Assembly: GCF_964194155.1 (NCBI RefSeq)
Contig: NC_135879.1
Coordinates: 207,390,001-207,454,000, forward strand
Source: Cetorhinus maximus
Taxonomy: Eukaryota
DNA: 64,000 nt
Reading direction: 5' to 3'
The position numbers and the translations under genes were made by a program. Shown here piece after piece: positions 13,094 to 25,939 of the stretch. A model generated the notes under the pieces. That model was given only the letters and a program-made list of their open reading frames with translations. It did no database searches and had not been told where the DNA came from. Within the stretch, counting starts at the first letter, position 1; every line of letters begins with the position of its first letter.

Positions 13094-13987
13094 AAGAAGT
13101 TTACAAATAGATATGGACAGGTTAGGTGAATGGGACAAAATTTGGCAGATGGAGTTCAACGTGGATAAGTGTGAGGTTATCCATTTGGTCGGAAGAATAA
13201 AAAGGCGACTTATTATTTAAATGGAGAGAAACTTCAGAATGCTTCAGTGCAGAGGGATCTCGGTGTCCTCGTGCATGAATCACTGAAAGCTAGTATGCAG
13301 GTACAGCAGGTAATAAACAAGGCAAATGGAATTTTGACATTTATTGCTAAAGGAATAGAGTATAAGAATAGGGAAGTGTTGTTGCAACTGTACAAGGCAT
13401 TGGTGAGACTGCACCTGGAATATTGTGCACAGTTTTGGTCCCCTTACTTGAGGAAGGATGTAGTTGCATTGGAGGCAGTTCAGAGGAGGTTCACTAGATT
13501 GATTCCAAAGATGCGGGGCTTGTTTTATGAGGAGAGATTGAGCAGTTTAGGCCTATACTCGCTGGAGTTTAAAAGGATGAGAGGAGATCTAATTGAGGTA
13601 TATAAGATGCTAAATGGGATAGACAAAGTAGACATGGAGCGGGTGTTTCCCCTTGTGGGGCATTCAGGAACGAGAGGCCATAGTTTTAGGCTAAGGGGTG
13701 GTAGATTTAAATCAGAGATGAGGAGGAATTACTTTTCTCAAAGGGCCGTGAATCTGTGGAATTCACTACCTCAGAGTGCAGTGGATGCCGGGACGCTGAA
13801 TAAATTTAAGGAGGAGATAGACAGATTTTTAATTAGTAACGGGTTGAAAGGTTATGGAGAGAGGGCGGGAAATTGGAGTCGAGGCCGAAATGAGATCAGT
13901 CATGATCGTAATGAATGGTGGGGCAGGCTCGAGAGGCTGAATTGCCTCCTCCTGCTCCTAGTTCTTATATTCTTATGTTCTATGTTA
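13094..13987 (+). mobile_element. 5'-truncated CR1 LINE of a different subfamily
   Basis: The 254-aa ORF has LYKALVRLHLEYCAQFWSP and RGDLIEVYK. Tail TTCTTATGTTCTATGTT. Confidence 0.92.
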
Positions 13988-15039
13988 TCAGTACTGTATT
14001 GTTATATATAAATGGTCTCTGAATTTGCTTCAATAATATGATGTTACACCTGCAGTCATTGTATGAATATTTGTTTGCATTTGTAATGTATGTGTGAAAT
14101 TGTTAAAATATAAACTGCTAAAAGTTTTGCCTTACTACATAGCGCAACCTACATTTTCCAACCTGGCAACTTTTCTGTATCCTCAGATTCAGTTTAGAAA
14201 ATATGGTCACCCAATCAAAGCAGCACAAAAAAGGCAATTTCCAACCCTTAAAAGTGCACGATTTTCATAAGAAAAGCAATTGATGAATAACCCCCCACAT
14301 TTAGACAGTCACATAATTGCTGAAGTGCACCATTATATTCCTTACTGATTGAAGTTATTTTGGTGAAATGATACAGTTGCTTCCTCCAAAAAATAACATT
14401 TCAAAAACACTTTTTAAGAGCAGTAGTGCCAAATTGCACATTATATGGAAATGGCACAATAATTCTCTGTGGAGGATTACAAATCACAGCTGGCTGCTCA
14501 CTTGCTGCATCGAAAGTCCTTTTTCCTTATGGATCCATGTACGGCTTTGAACAGACGGAATCGACTGTCATTTTCCTAACAATTCTCTACCAGCCTGGAA
14601 GTATAGGCCTTGAAATTAGTGGGGGAAAATTTCCCTTCAAATGGATTTGGAGATTGGGGGTGAGGTGGAAGGGGAAGGGAAATTTTAAAACAATAGGTCA
14701 GGCTGGCTTTCTGATGTTTTCCCGCATAAAAACGCTTTTCCCAGAGGTGAGCCGATTGTCCAAATGGTAACCCACCCGGCAGCAGGAAGCAAATAAGGCC
14801 ATTATAGCATTGGTATTTTCCTAGGGTAATGGCAATTTGCTGGAGGGGCATAGGGCACAGGAGACAAGAGTACATCAGGGGGTCAGAGTGCCATGAGATG
14901 AATATGCTGAGTTATCTTTAAGTGGGCATTTAGGATTCATTCAGCACATCCGCAGTCAAGTGCTTTCAAGTGGAAGCATTTCTCTGCAGACAGATCCACT
15001 TGATAGTTCTAGGTGTTAGGGTTTGTCTGCCCTTCCAGC

Positions 15040-16585
15040 ATTAGCATTTGATAAGGCGCTACGTCAAAGTTTATTGCAGAAAATAAAAGTTCACAGTGTA
15101 GGGGTAACATGGATAGGCATGGATAGCATGGAAGGCATGGATAGAAGATTGGCTGGCTGGCAGAAAACAGAGAGTATGAGTGGATGGGTCTTTTTTTCTG
15201 ATTGGCGGGATATGATGAGTGAAGTCCCACAGGGATCTGTGCTGGGGCCTCAACTTTTTACAATTTATATCAATGACTTCGATTAGAGGAGTGAAGGCAT
15301 GGTAGCTAAATTTGCAGATGGCACAAAGATAGGTAGGAAAGTAAGTTGCAAAGAGGATATAAGGAGGTTGCAGGTGGCTATAGATAGGTTGAATGATTGG
15401 GCAAAATCTGACAGATGGAGAAAAATGTAGGAAAATGTGAAGTTGTTCACCTTGGCAGGAAGAATAAAAAAGCAGAGTATTACTTTTTTTATTTGTGGGA
15501 TGTGGGCATCACTGGCTAGGCCAGCATTTACAGCCTATCCCTAATTGCCCTTGTTCAGAGGCATTTTTTTTAAACAGTCAACCACATTGTTGTGGGTCTG
15601 GAGTCACACAAATGCCAGACCAGGTAAGAATGGCAGATCCCTTCCCTAAAGGACATTAGTGAAACAGATGGGTTTTTATAGATAATCAGCAATGGTTTTG
15701 TGGTCATCATCAGACTTTTAATTCCAGATTTAATTGAATTCAAATTTCTGCTCTGGTGGGATTCAAACTGGAGTCCCAAGAATTATGCTGGGTCCCTGGT
15801 CCAGTGATAATACCACTATGCCACCACCTCCCCTTAAATGGTGAGTGACTGCAGGATTCTGAGGTGCAGAGGGATCTAGGTGTTCTTGTGCATAAATCAC
15901 AAAAAGTTGGTAAGCAAGTACAGCAAGTAATTAAGAAGGCTAATGGGATGCTATCCTTTATTACGAGAGGAATTGAACGTAAAAGTAAGGATGTTATGCT
16001 TCAGTCATACAGGGCAATGGAGAGTCCGCACCTCGAGTACTGTGTGCAGCTTTGGTCTTCTTATTCAAGGATGGATGTAAATCCATTGGAGGCGGTTCAA
16101 AGGAGGTTTACTAGATGATACCTGAATGAGCGGGTTGTCTTATGAGGAAATGTTAGACAGACTAGGCTTGTTTCCACTACAGTTTAGAAGAGGGAGGGGT
16201 GACTTGATTGAAGTATATAAGATCCTGAATGGAATTGACAAGGTGGACGTGGAAAGGATGTTTCCTCTTGTGGGTGAGTTCAGAACTAGGGGGCACTATT
16301 TTAAAATTAGGAGTTGCCCTTTTAGGACAGAGATGAGGAGAATTTTTTTTCTCTCAGAGGGTTGTGCGACTTTGGAACTCTCTGCCTCAGAAGGTGATGG
16401 AGGCGGAATCATTGAATATTTTTAAGGCAGAGGTAGATAGATTCTTGTTCGGCAAGGGAATCACAGGTTATCAGGGGTAGATGGGAATATGGAATTCAAA
16501 ACACAAACAGGTCGGACAGGATCTTATTGAATAGCAGAGCAGGCTCAAGGGGCTAAAAGGCCTACTTCTGCTCCTATTTCATATG
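15040..16585 (+). mobile_element. CR1 LINE fragment interrupted by a SINE
   Basis: VPQGSVLGPQLFTIYIND, HLEYCVQLWS and RGDLIEVYK motifs are collinear across the insertion. Confidence 0.9.
15485..15832 (-). mobile_element. tRNA-derived SINE with a LINE-B 3' tail
   Basis: Minus strand has an A-box (TGGCATAGTGG), a B-box (GTTTGAATCC), and a 3' end AAGGGCAATTAGGGATAGG...CCCACATCCCA plus A-tail like that of LINE-B. Confidence 0.8.
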
Positions 16586-17350
16586 CTCGCATGTAGTTGC
16601 ATGCCTCGATCTTAAGGCACCTTCTCCTTCTCCATTCACTTCAATAGTGCATGCCATTCTTAGCGGGGCTGCTGGTCCTCCCTTCCCTTTGCTTGCTCTG
16701 ATTGGTCCTTCCACATGTACTGCCCATGTGCTGTCCCTAATTGGACAGCGAATGCGGAGATTGCCTGCTAATTGGCTGCTTCTGTAAAATTGCACCAGAG
16801 ACCGCACCTCAGACATGGCTCAGAAATGGTCCCAACACGCAGGACTTTTTTAAGTGGAGAAAACTCTGGCTAATGTTTCTATCAAATGCTTCAATTCACG
16901 TAGCAGGCAAAGGAGTTTTATACGTCCAAGGTAAACATTCATATGCAATAGGCATACTAATTTAAAGCCATGGGGAAATGCAGTCCCTAATCCAATAATC
17001 TACATGACATTTCCTGACATGAGGTTCTCTTATTCCACATAAAAAAGCAGCATAAGGGAAATGCATTAGAGCTGAGTTTCCAAGATCCTTCCAATTCAGT
17101 CCCACCGTAACTTTAGGAGATAAATTGGGTCCCAGAGATTCTGGGTTGGCATGTTGGGAATTGAGCCTTTGCTTGTTCCAATCAAGACCATTGGCAGAGA
17201 GAAAGAGGGCATGGATTTCATACAGCAAGAGTTCCTGAGTCTTCAGGAGTCAGTGGGACCCAGAGGAGATATGTCAAGGTGATCCTAGATGTGACAAATC
17301 ACCAATAGATGGAAGCTGGTCCCAACTGCTCACGTCAGTAGTTTTTCTTA

Positions 17351-18044
17351 GGGCAGAATCTTTTGTTCGGCGTGCAGGGGCCCACCCCCGCATGTAAAGT
17401 GATGCGCAGTGATGTTGGGCGTGCGTTCTGACATCACCGCATGTCATTCTGATCTTTAGTTCGGTGGGCACACACTGGAGTCGGCTGCGCGCCCGCTGAA
17501 CTGTCAAAGGCCTGCTAAGACCATTAATAAACTAATTAAAGTAAGTGTCAGGGCTGCCTGTCCAACCTTAAGGTTGATGGGCAGGCAAAGAGTCCAGGCG
17601 GCCTTCGCATTTCTCATGAAACCCCGTGGATGAGGTTTCATGAAGGTTTTATTAATTCAATAAAAATTTTCATGAAAATTCATAAACATGTCTCAGCTCA
17701 TGTGACACTGTTGCATGAGGGGACATGTCTGAATAATTTTATTTTTTCTTTTGTTCAATGTTTTATTATGAAATTAATCTCCATGAGGTAGCTCCGTGCC
17801 TCGGGGAGATTTCTGCGCTCTTTAGCGCGCATGTGCGAAAATAGCACAGGCCCCGACTCTCCTTCCTCTCCCGTGCCCGCACAGGTAGCGCTGAGCGCTT
17901 CTGGGTACGCCTCACACTGGGTGGGCCTTAATTGGACAGCCCACATAAAATGACGACGTGCAGCTGATCGCGGGTGGCGATTAGCTGCGCGCCCGCCCAC
18001 GCCCTCTCCCGACCGGCCTGCCCGGTGGGGAGAAAATTCTCCCC
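17351..18044. mobile_element. 694-bp Harbinger-type MITE
   Basis: TIR GGGCAGAATCTT / AAAATTCTCCCC; TSD TTA; CpG-rich arms around an AT-rich centre. Confidence 0.88.
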
Positions 18045-18239
18045 TTAAAATATTTAAGTGAGGGGATACTCAACCAGGAGTTGATTCCGCATTTAAATAC
18101 TGCCTTACCATATCTTTCAGGACTGTCTTCACATATACTGATTCTCATTTGCAGTCTGTCATTACTTGGGTAAATGTAACAGTATGTTAGGCCATAGAAA
18201 GACCTCACAAATGCTAATGAGATGAGAATGACGAGTCAA

Positions 18240-18600
18240 TGTGGATCCCACAGTGTTGGTTAAGGGATAAATGTTAGCGAGGACATCAAGGGAACATTCT
18301 TCTCTTCTTCGACTAGTTCCATGGGATCATTAAGACCCACCAGAGCTGGTCAGGGTCTCAGTTAGACATGCCATTCAAAGCTTGGCAACTGTATGGGGAG
18401 AGAGCAGGAGTATGGCGTTGAGATAGAGGACCAGCCAGGATCATACTGAATGACGGAGTAGGTCCGAAGGGCCGAATGCACTGCTCCAACATATTTTCTA
18501 TGTTTCCACATTCCACCAGCAGTAAATGTCAACTTAAAGTCCTGTACTGAGTTTCTAAAATTAGGCTTGAACCTACAACTTTCTAAGTCAAAGGCAAAAA
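18240..18600 (-). mobile_element. Degenerate Deu-domain SINE remnant with a nested short CR1 3' piece (~18390-18505)
   Basis: The reverse complement resembles the Deu core (GATCCCATGG...GAAGAG...GTCC...ATTTATCCCT), also seen at 45660-45870. Confidence 0.5.
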
Positions 18601-19431
18601 TAGTTCAAATAGAGGGAGAGAGAGATGTGGGTCATTTTAATGTCACCAGTGTGGCTGGAAACTGATAGGATGGGGCTGACACTTGGACTACATTTCATCT
18701 GATTTACTTTCCACTAATTTCAATGGAAAGTAAAATGAGTTGTGTGTAAAATGGACAGCCAATCCAATCTCATCTATTTCCTACCAGTTGGGTTTGTTTA
18801 AAATAGACCCCGTACAAACTGAGACACACAAATATAAATACACATAGAGAGAAATAAATTGCTGCCAGAACAAATGCGTCTTTACTCAACCAGGCACAAG
18901 CCCACAGATATGTCAACAGTTGAAGAACCAGTCAATTGAGGAACAATTCATACCTAACAACAGGAATGCAGCTATAAATGGGTGAAAAGCATGAGTCCCT
19001 CCTAACTCAGCTATTTGAAGATAGGTTGAGCTGTAATTTTTCCAAAGGTATAATTATACTGATCTCATTTCAGTGGGCATTGGATCCATTCCCAATGACA
19101 GTACAGTACCTTGTTCATACTACATGGCTCTGATTCAAACAACCAATTAAGAAAAATCTCTGCACATAGGGCAGGAATTTCCACTCAGCATCAGGACCTC
19201 AACTTTGGCGTCATTTCCAGGTCCTTACCCTGCATCATGTTGGCAACAGTTAACCGACACAATTTTGTAAGGATTGGCTAATTAATAGCCAGAACCAATT
19301 AAGGACAATGGTGGGCTCTTGAAGCTGGAGGACCAATAGGAGGCCCTAAAGCACTGAAGGAGCTGCAGCCTGAAGCTCAGATAAGGAAGAGAGGCACCCT
19401 CTCCGCACCTTTTACAAAACTGAAAAGACAT

Positions 19432-19559
19432 GGACTGGGATTTTCTGGTCCCGTCCGTGGTGGGAATTGTCTCGGGCGGGATGGAAAATTTGACCAAAGG
19501 TCTGTTGACTTCGGGCGGGAATTTGGTTCTGCGGAGGGTGGGACCGGAAAATCCCGACC
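19432..19559. mobile_element. ~128-bp MITE
   Basis: ~20-bp TIR GGGATTTTCTGGTCCC / GGGACCGGAAAATCCC, with CATG context on both flanks. Confidence 0.75.
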
Positions 19560-19756
19560 ATGGTCACAGTTGCCAGACCACCATTGTGGAGGGGCTCCCC
19601 CAGCATGGGTGGGAGCTGGATAGGCACAGCCACTGCAGTGGCATCTTAAAGTGATCCTGAAGGGCCAGCTCCACTGGCCTGCTGCCAGGTGGTCGCCTAC
19701 AGGCATCTGTCCTGCTTCCAATGCCACAGGGGCCTGCAGGCTGACTAGAAAATTAC

Positions 19757-20960
19757 AGTGGGCCCCTGATCAATGGCTCTGTCACCAAGGCAGCATTTGA
19801 CCGTGTGGCACCAAAGGGTCCTACTGAAACTGAAGTCACGGGACATCGGGGAGAAAATTTCCACTGGCTCGAGTTGTACCTAGTCCAAACGAAGATTGTT
19901 ATGATTGGTGGAGTCCAATCATTTCAGCCCAAAGGTATCACCGCAGAAGTTCCTTAGGAACTTTGATAACTTTGATAAGGTGCCGCATCAAAGATTATTA
20001 TGGAAAATAAAAGCACATAGTGTAGTGGCATATTAGCATGGATAGAAGATTGTCTGGCAGGCGGAAAGCAGAGAGTATGCATTAATGGGTCTTTTTTTGA
20101 TTGGCAGGATGTGGCAAGTGGAGTCCCACAGGGGTCTGAACTGGAGCTTCAACTTTTTATGATTTACGTTAATGACTTAGATGAGGGGAGTGAAGACATG
20201 GTAGCTAAATTTGCAGATGACACAAAGATAGATAGGAAAGTATGTTGTGAAGAGGACACGAGGAGGTTGCAGATGGATATAGATAAGTTGAGTGAGTGAG
20301 TGAGCAAAGCTCTGGCAAATGGAGTTTAATGTGGGAAAATGTGAAGTTGTTCACTTTGGCAGGAAGAACAAAAAAGCAGAGTATTACTTAAATGGAGAAT
20401 GACTTCAGGATTTAAATAAATTCCAGACAGTAGCCATCTTCAACGAGAGGGAGCCTCAGCACTCCCCCTTGATGTTCAATGGTATTGCCATCACTGAATC
20501 CCCCACCATCAACATCCTAAGGTCGCCTTTGATTTTAACCTCAACTGGTATATGATGGAGTACTTGCTCCCTTGCTGGGTTGCGTGCAGCCGCAATAATA
20601 CTCAACAAGCTTGGTAACATCCAGGGCAAACAGTTAACTTGATCAACACCCTGGCCATCAGTTTAAAGATCGATCTCCTTTCACCACTAGCACATAGTGG
20701 CAGCAATGTTTACAAGATGCACTACAGCAACTCACCAAGGCTTCTTCAGCAGCACCCCAAAACCTGTGACCTCCATCATCTAGAAGGACAAGGGCAGTAG
20801 GCGCATAGGATCACCATCGCCACCAAATCACAGACAATTCTGATGTAAACATATATTGGCATTCCTTTATCATTACTGGGTCAAAATCCTGGAACTCCCT
20901 ATCCAACAGCATTGTTCTTCACAACCTGGCTACAGTGTTTAAAGACCAACCATCACCTTC
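19757..20960 (+). mobile_element. Degenerate LINE-B with a nested CR1 RT fragment (~19960-20410)
   Basis: LINE-B-like sequence on both sides of a CR1 piece encoding SGVPQGSELE and KFADDTK. Confidence 0.75.
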
Positions 20961-21068
20961 TCTCCTTCAGCTCTGAAGAAGTCATATGGACTTGAAATGT
21001 TAACTCTGCTTGTCTCCACAGATGCTGCCAGACCTGCTGAGCTTTTCCAGAATTTTCTGTTTTTATTC
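20961..21068 (+). mobile_element. Penelope-like pseudo-LTR fragment with a hammerhead core
   Basis: CTGAAGA (20973-20979)-AGTCATATGGACTT-GAAA (20994-20997)-TGTT, followed by CCACAGATGCTGCCAGACCTGCTGAG as in the other copies. Confidence 0.75.
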
Positions 21069-21296
21069 TTTTAAAGGTTGTACTGGTTTCTAATCTCCTT
21101 CAGGAAGTGAGCTGTCCCAATTATCTGGTCTGAGTTAGACTCCTGTTCTATGTTGGTTGACTCAATACCTTCAGGGAAACTAGGGATTGCAATAACTACT
21201 GTCTTGTTAATGTTACTGCCTTCTAAAGAAAAAATAACAGATATTTTAATTATTTCTGTGTCTTTCTCTGGAGAACAGAAAGAAAGAGAACTCTAT

Positions 21297-22340
21297 AGGC
21301 AGAATACTGCGCTTGTTGGGTGGGTGTGTGCCCAACCTGAACGAGTGTAAAATGACGCACAGCGACGTCGGGCGAGCATCCCGATGTCATTGTGCACTTG
21401 TGCAATATTTCGGTTAGCGGGCATGTGCGGGAATCAGCACCGTGCCCGCTGACAATTAAGCAGCCTATTAAGGCCCTTAATAAAGGATTTGATTCAAATT
21501 TTTTGCTGCCCGTCCAGCCATTCGGCGAAAAGGCCAAGGGGCCTTTGCATTTTTGGCGAAACCTCATCCACGGGTGGGATGAGGTTTCGACCAGTGATTT
21601 AAAAAAATAAAACCTTTTTGCACTCATCTCTAACATGTCCCTGCTCATGTGACAGAGTCACCTGTTTTTTAACATTTTTAATATTTTTATTTTGTATTTG
21701 GAAAACCTTCAGCTTCCTGAGGCAGCTCTGTGCCTCAGGGAGCTTTTACTGTGCGCACCCTGTGAACATCAGCGCTTGCGCTCCTCATGCCCCCACCCCG
21801 GAAGTGCTGAGTGCTGCAGTGTGTGTTTCACACTGGCTGGCCGTTAATTGGCTCATAATGTTAATATAAAACCAGAGTTACAGGGTTGGTGATGACCAAC
21901 AGACAGATGGGATAAGTACGTTGCCAATGAATCTGAGACATGATGAAGTGAAGCTACTTATTATATCTCCTGCCTGCTATGGGCATTGACATATTTGATA
22001 TTGCATTGCACTGGTGGCACAAAACCAAGAATCATTTTCAAATTTGGGTTCTATAACTTCATAACAGTCAATGAGAAAAATATCTTTGCCATTTCAAATC
22101 ACACAAATTTAATTTCATGATTCAATATGTTGATGTGCAGGACTAAGTGGCATTAGTATGCAGAGTTAAATTGGAAACAACTTTACTGCATCTCCATGCA
22201 CCTGGATGGTAACAAGATGTATTAGTCATGACTGTGTAGTTGCATTACTTGTTAGATGGCTAATTGCCGGCAGCGGTCGGCTTCCCGACCGCTCCCAGGC
22301 CCGCCCTCCAAGCCCACCCCACCATTGGAAAATCCTGGCA
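21297..22340. mobile_element. Harbinger-type MITE carrying a 412-bp copy of nearby intron DNA
   Basis: TIR AGGCAGAATA / AATCCTGGCA; TSD TAT. Segment 21850-22261 is not MITE sequence and matches parts of 23337-23896. Confidence 0.85.
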
Positions 22341-23336
22341 TATGTATTTAAAATCACCACAGCATTCACAGTAGCAATGAAAGCCTTTTTTGAAAGTAAG
22401 GAGTCAAGAAAATGCTGGCAATGAGTGAGAAATAAGGTGTGAGTTTCAGTCTGAGGGCAGGGCATTTGGCAGGCTCCAGCCTTGAGATTAACCAGCTTCT
22501 TGGTCAATGTCATTTTGTTAACTGGAACATTGGCAGCTTTATTCAGATGACTGCTTAGTGTCAAGTCCACTTTCCTATAAAAATCATTGTTCAGGGGCCA
22601 AACATTAGGAATCAGTGAACCAAGGTGGGTAATAGTATTTTAATTATATTTAACTAAAGTTAGGTTAATATTTTGCAACACTAATGTGATTAATTTTCTA
22701 GGATTTGAAGAAGAGTCTATTACACAAATAGATCCTTTAGTCACAGTTGGAAGGGACTGTTAAAATAAGACTATAAGTAAATCTAGAGTCAGAAAGGTCA
22801 TTGGGCTCAAGTCCACTCCAGTCACATGCATGTATGATTATTCTATCCTTCATTGATCCTTACTTTAGGAACATTGACCTCCCTACTGTAACCTCCCTTG
22901 TCAAAATCTCTTTAACTTTCTATCATGCTATCCAACAGCTGTCAGTTCAGTTCCTTTTGAAACATGCAATTTGACCCTGTAATGACTACTTTCTCTGCAA
23001 ATTTGTTTCACATATCTACTGTTCTGTGGACAGAAAAAGTTTTTATTCCATCCTTAACCATGCTCAAGGCTTCTGAATTTTGAACTTGTGTCCTCTAGTC
23101 CTATGTGTGTTATTCAAATTAACTAGCTTGGTAACTTGCCCTTCAATTTTGAAGACATGCACCTGTCTCTCCTCAGTCTCTTTTCCAGTGAAAATTAGTT
23201 TGTTTGAGATTTTCTTTATGACTTAGTCCTCTAAGGCCTAGAAGTATCCAAGTCAGTAACTCCGAATCCTTTTTTCACATACCTACTATATATTCTTTCG
23301 GAGGTTGGGTAAAGTATTTAAATTAGACCATTATTG

Positions 23337-23896
23337 ATTTGTGTGATTTGAAATGGCAAATATATTTTTCTCATCTACTGTTATGAAGTTATAGAACCCA
23401 AATTTGAAAACGATTCTCGGTTTTGTGCCACCAGTGCAATATGAGATATCAAGTAAGTGAATGTTCATAGCAGACAGAGATATAATAAGTAGCTTCACTT
23501 CATCATGTCTCAGATTCACTGGCAACGTACTTATCCCATCCGTCTGTTGGTCATCACCAACCCTGTAACTCTGGTTTTATATTACCATTATGAGCCGGTA
23601 ATATTTTAAGCATCATTTTGAAAGGTAGGTTGAGTGTGCATGAGGTTGTTGATGGTGAATTTACATCGCACTTCACGGTGCTCCCTATTTAGATTTCTAT
23701 TTATAGCACACACATGTGTGATGCAATAATTAAATAATTTAATTTCAAGATTCAATATGTTGCTGTGCAGGACCCCATTGAGTGGCATTAGTATACAGAG
23801 TTAAATTGGAAGCAACTTTACTGCATCTCCATGCACCTGGAAGTTAACAAGATGTATTAATCATTGCTTTGTAGTTGCATTACTTGGTAGATGGCT
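23337..23896. repeat. Presumed donor of the local duplication (23337-23596 inverted and 23736-23896 direct relative to 21850-22261)
   Basis: Comparison by eye shows long near-identical runs. Confidence 0.92.
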
Positions 23897-24435
23897 TTAT
23901 GGAAATAATTTAAAATGCAGTGCCTGTGGGTGACTTCTACATAATCTTTTACTTACATGTCTGCCAGTCAAAAACTGTATTGTAAATTCCCTCAGTAATT
24001 GCATGTATGTTTAATGTTTCTTTAACCAAAAGTCAAAAATCTCTTACTTCTGCTATTGTAACTCTCATGCATTATCATATTCACAGCACACACATTTAAC
24101 TTTCCAACCGTAAGCTTATTACAAGTTTGATAAATCAAATTTGCCTCTGACAAAATCATGTCTAGTTTCTAACGGCACATTGGACTGTGAACATGGATTA
24201 ATTGATGCCAAGTTCAGACAAACAAATTTATAAGCCTTCCAACAGATAAAGTGTCACAAATTTCAGATGATCTGAAAGCCTTGTGTAAACACAACACTGT
24301 TGAATACACATACATTTTTTTCTAGAAACTTTCCAATGTAGAAAAACAGGTTCATTCATGTTCTTGGTGAGTTCTCAATAAAAGCTCCACCTCAAAAGAA
24401 TGCTTTAAGTAGAACTGAATTACTATCATACTTAC

Positions 24436-24539
24436 TTATCCAGTTTCTCACATTCAGAAAACTCTGTTGACTCGTTAGATCAAAGATCAATAAAAATCCC
24501 ATAGCATCTCTGAAAAAGGCTGTGGTGAGGCTCCGAAAC
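24436..24539 (-). CDS. RAB27B: RAB27B coding exon 3 (104 nt)
   Basis: tgtag|G TTT CGG AGC...AAC TGG ATA A|gtaagt, giving [34 protein letters not shown](S). Confidence 0.97.
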
Positions 24540-25303
24540 CTACAGAAATAAAATGAATGCAATGTTATGATCCATTTTAACAATGCATAAATCAAGTAGC
24601 CAGTCTCCTACCAATTTTCATTATGCCCTGCCACAGTGGAATGTCTCCTCAGGAAAATCTGTTTTGCAAGACAATAATTTAATTTCATACACTGTAATAT
24701 AATATTTTGGGCATCATCTTGACATTCAGTACATGAAATTATTTTCTTTGACGATAAAGAGGTTTTGCTGTTTGTGAAGTAATTTATTTCCCCCATTTGA
24801 GGGTGACACTCAAGGCTTTTTCTTCCCTCTACATTTTTTGAGGCTCCCTAATTCAAACACTTTCACTGGGCCAAGAGGACTAGCAACACATTTCCAAGCT
24901 TATTCTACTCTAAGTACCCAGAAGGGCATGAGCGCAGATAGTTGGGTGACCCTTTCTTTCCTGTGGGCAAATGCCTGTGTACACAAGGTAAGAACTTAGA
25001 AGGAAAGGACAGGAAATAGGACTACATGAATAGTTCATTTAGAAAAACTAGCAAGAGTTGAATGTTCTTCTCTTGTGCTAATAAATTCTATGAAACCTTT
25101 GTGGGGAATCACAGACATACATCTGGGCACTCCTTTGCCATTATCCTGCCTCCATAACTATCAAAACATATGTACACCTACAATGCTAAGCTTTGCTTTT
25201 TATAAAGGCAGAGTAAGCAGCTCAGTACTGAGCCTTACAGGTCATAGTTTCAATTCCAGGAATGCACAACATTAGCTGATCTCAGCAGTGTGGTAGTAAG
25301 GAC

Positions 25304-25930
25304 AAATCAAGTAACATTCGTGCCACACAAGTGCCAGGCAATGACCATCTCCAACAAGAGAGAATCTAACTAAAGTCCGTTGATGCTCAATGGCATTATC
25401 ATCACTGAATCCCCCACTATCAACATCCTGGGGTTACCACTGACAAGAAACTGAACTGGTCAAGCCATATAAATACTGTGGACAGGTCAGAGGCTGGGAA
25501 TCCTGTGGCAAGGAACTTACCTTCTGACTCCCCAAAGCCTGTCCACCATCTACAGTGCACAAGTCAGGAGTGTGATGCAATATTCTCCACTTGCCTGGGG
25601 GAGTGCAGCTCCAACAATACTCAAGAAGCTCGACACCATCCAGTGCAAAGCAGCCCACTTGATTGGCACCCCATCCACAAACATTCACTCCCTCCACCAT
25701 CAATGCACAGTGGCAGCAGTGTACACCATCTACAAGATGCATTACAGGAATTCATCAAGGCTCCTTAGGCAGCACCTTCCAAACCCACGACCACTACCTT
25801 CTAGAAGGACAAAGGCAGCAGATACATGGAAACACCACCACCTGCAAGTTCCCCACCAAGCCTCTCACCATCCTGACTTGGCAATATATCGCCACTCCTT
25901 CACTGTTGCTGGATCAAAATCCTGGAACGC
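25304..25930 (+). mobile_element. LINE-B 3' fragment
   Basis: MMQYSPLAWGSAAPTILKKLDTIQ...SLHHQCTVAAV. Confidence 0.85.
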
Positions 25931-25939
25931 TTCAGTGGC

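Noticed and set aside
13247-14011. Longest ORF (254 aa) as a host gene or active LINE
   Set aside because: It is only the C-terminus of CR1 ORF2, lacks the endonuclease and RT core, and runs into the tail repeat.
15755-15832. tRNA gene
   Set aside because: The A and B boxes belong to a SINE head with a LINE-derived tail. No intact cloverleaf is evident.
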